NCBI RefSeq assembly: GCF_964355755.1
Contig: NC_092674.1
Location: 25,606,001 to 25,670,000, forward strand
DNA length: 64,000 bases
Reading direction: 5' to 3'
From: Antedon mediterranea
Taxonomy: Eukaryota > Animalia > Echinodermata
A model generated the notes under the pieces. The model did not search any database, was not told where the DNA came from, and saw only the letters and a program-made list of their open reading frames with translations. The position numbers and the translations under genes were made by a program. This document shows, one piece after another, positions 61,216 to 64,000 of this stretch. Each line of letters opens with the position of its first letter. Position 1 is the stretch's first letter.

Positions 61216-61872
61216 GGGGGAACAGACGATCGGGACCACGGACAGCGTTGGGCCCGATCATCATACCAGTTGGGCCCGATCGTCCAGTGTTTTCAGAACC
61301 ATGTTGGGCCCAATCGTCTTACCAGTTGATCCCGATCGTCTTAGCGTTGGGCCCGATAGTCTTTTGTGTTATATAAAATAATGTGCCACATTATCATTTT
61401 TTATTCCTAGTGCTAGTGTCAACGTGCTATTCTTGCGTAATTAAGATTTTAATTAAAAAGGTTAATTAGATTTTTTCTGATTTTATCATAAATTTTCCAC
61501 TAGGTCCTAGGCCTAATTAACACTAGTACTGGTTTTAAGAATTTCTTACCAATACTCTCGATTTATGAATAAATGTTATTGATTTTAATTGTTATTAATA
61601 TTATTGTGTTGTTTGTATTTGTTAATTTTCCGAGAATGTTTTGGGCCGGGCCGATCGTCTTCTTGTTTGTTGTTGTGCCCGATCGTCTGGGCCTGATTTT
61701 GATTGTTATTATTGTGTTGTTTGTATTTGTTAATTTTCCGAGAATGTTTTGGGGCCGATCATCTTGTTTGTTGTGCCCGATCGTCTGGGTCCGATCGTCT
61801 CTGAACCCGATTGTCTTTAACCCTTGATGGGCCCGATCGTCTCACGATTTGGGCCCGATCGTCTGTGATCCC
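61216..61872. mobile_element. MITE with many subterminal GGGCCCGATCGTC repeats, in the probable first intron of RBM26
   Basis: Ends gggaacagacgatcggg / cccgatcgtctgtgatccc are inverted; the repeats cluster at both ends. Confidence 0.65.
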
Positions 61873-64000
61873 GATCCATGGTGGTAGGAGCGGCATATCA
61901 GTAAATTTAATAACCGATTACATGTAGGCCCCTAGCTAGCTGCATGAAAATTTCCGAAATTAAAAATCTTTGTTCATTCAAAATTGGTCCACATTTTAAA
62001 AGACAAAACATTTGTATTGTATGTAGGCCCTATACCTTAATTGTATCATAAACTTAGGGGGATCATCCACTTAGGGCATTATGCATGATCCAAAAACCTT
62101 TGTATGATGGTTAGCGAAAGGGACACTACCTATCCCGACTAGGCCTAGGCCTACCACATTCAGTCCTAGGCCTATCTGTAAAATTTCCAGGCAGTCAAAT
62201 TGAACTACATTGGCGGACACGATGCATACAACTCAACTGTACCAGACATATTGGTTGGGTAAACTAAATTTGTAAATTTACAAAATAAAATCACCTACTG
62301 TCTTTTATTTTATCTTCAACGTGTTTATGAATATTTTTAACGTCATAATATAGTAAAATGTATCAACCCTATTGCCGTTATGTTTACAAACAACAAATTA
62401 TGTTAGGCCATCAAAGAAAAAGCTAGTCCTGCTTGGTCGAAAATCCTTAAATGCATGCGTGATCGTGTTATGATCGTTGATGGCAGTATACCACCTTTTT
62501 TTAAATTAAAATATTAAATTCATATTTTTAGACTCGTTAATGTTTAATAATAATGAAGGGAAGTTGACAATTACTTCGAAAACAAATAGACGAATTTATT
62601 TAATGTATGTGTGGTGGTCGAATACTAATTAACCAGCTAAAACCCGTTATTTTTATCCCAAATGAATATTAAAAAAAAAAAAAATTTAATATTTAATACT
62701 CTGCAATTATTCTACATATTTTGACAATTTAGTTTAATATGCATGCATAATAACATTTGTTCGTTGCGAAACAACATTGAGTGTACTTACAAAAGTAATG
62801 GAAACTTGATGTTATTCCAGACGCAGTTTGCTTTTTAATAATAATATTACAGTACTTGAAACGATTTTCAGATTCAACAAAATATTCATTTGCTCTTTTG
62901 TAATCGTTTCACAGTATCAAAGTATTATAGACCAAGGATTGCCTAGAATACGCTACGTAATAAGCCTAGGGTTTTCAGATAAATTACTACTAAAAAAGTA
63001 GGTTTTGTTTTCCCGAGGACGAGGAAAGCTTGTACATGCCAGACTTCATACTTTTGTTTTATTTGTACAAGTTATAAATGCATTCCGTAATTTCATCCTC
63101 TTTCATACAAATTTAAAAATAATTTGTAGTTTGCTTTTTATCGTATCCAATATGCACAATATAATCTACAGACTATACAGTGGAAACCTTTGGAACACCG
63201 TCCTACACTATCAAAACTAGCAAATATGGCAGTGATATCACATCATCATGTCCATATATGGGCACATCACATTTATTGTTTTCACATAAAATTGGATAGT
63301 GTAGATGGAGCTTAGTTTATAAGTACAATAATTAAACCAAAACAATCTTTTATATTTCAACAGACTGGTACTTATGATCCTTATCCCAGAAGAGACAAGA
63401 ATGACTATGACCAACTCCTATTCTTTTGGATGTCCTCTTAATATTTTAACATATTTGGATGCAAAAACAAAAACCAAGCATTATATTTAAAGATAAAATT
63501 ATTTATTACATTCAATTTATTTACAAACAATATTTTACAATCACAACTACACATTTAAAACAAGTAGGGAATAAAAACCACACAGAAAAAAGTACTATAA
63601 AACAAAAATGAAACTAGTTTGATGATATAGAATTCCTAATTTAGCGACTAACACACGGTATATACTATAAACGATTTATTCATTTACAACAAAAAAAAAG
63701 AAAAAAAATGATTACAGGCTGATTGGATCAGTGGAATAAAGAGCATAAAAAGTTTTTTAAAAACTGCGATCCGTTAAAAAACTTGACATTAAAACTGCAA
63801 TACCAGTAGATATTTCGGCTCTTAAAATCATTCAGTACATCATTAAAATTACTACCAAAATATTTTGATTTACAACTGTCCAAGCATTTTGTGTAAAAAG
63901 TTTTTTACCACTCCCAAACCATGTGTACAATAATTATTAAAAAACAATTAAAAAATCACGTCTTTCACGCCACCAATGTTCTACAGCAAATTTCATGATT

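Overview
AT-rich, intron-containing animal DNA, most likely a marine invertebrate; an echinoderm origin is my inference and is not proven. Positions 1-24.1 kb hold a head-to-tail tandem array (~3.25 kb unit) of secreted collagen-like/C1q-globular-domain genes. It has six full-length copies (ATG at 805, 6102, 9350, 12636, 17300, 23305) and two 5'-deleted copies (3076, 19578). The copies are nearly identical in scaffold and flanks but differ almost only by amino-acid-changing substitutions in a few short segments of the gC1q head, shared in a patchwork between copies. Three 5'-truncated LINEs have inserted into the array, one in the last codons of a gene. The rest of the window holds three housekeeping genes that I could splice by hand into complete ORFs: NAA15/16 (minus, 19 coding exons, ~873 aa), LAMTOR1 (plus, 6 exons, 167 aa, head-to-head with NAA15) and RBM26/27 (minus, 18 coding exons, ~1006 aa). 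Two RBM26 introns each carry a near-identical ~135-nt hairpin-H box-hairpin-ACA element, a candidate H/ACA snoRNA pair. Introns contain many MITEs, SINE fragments and minisatellites. All coordinates and counts were read by eye, and no database search was run.
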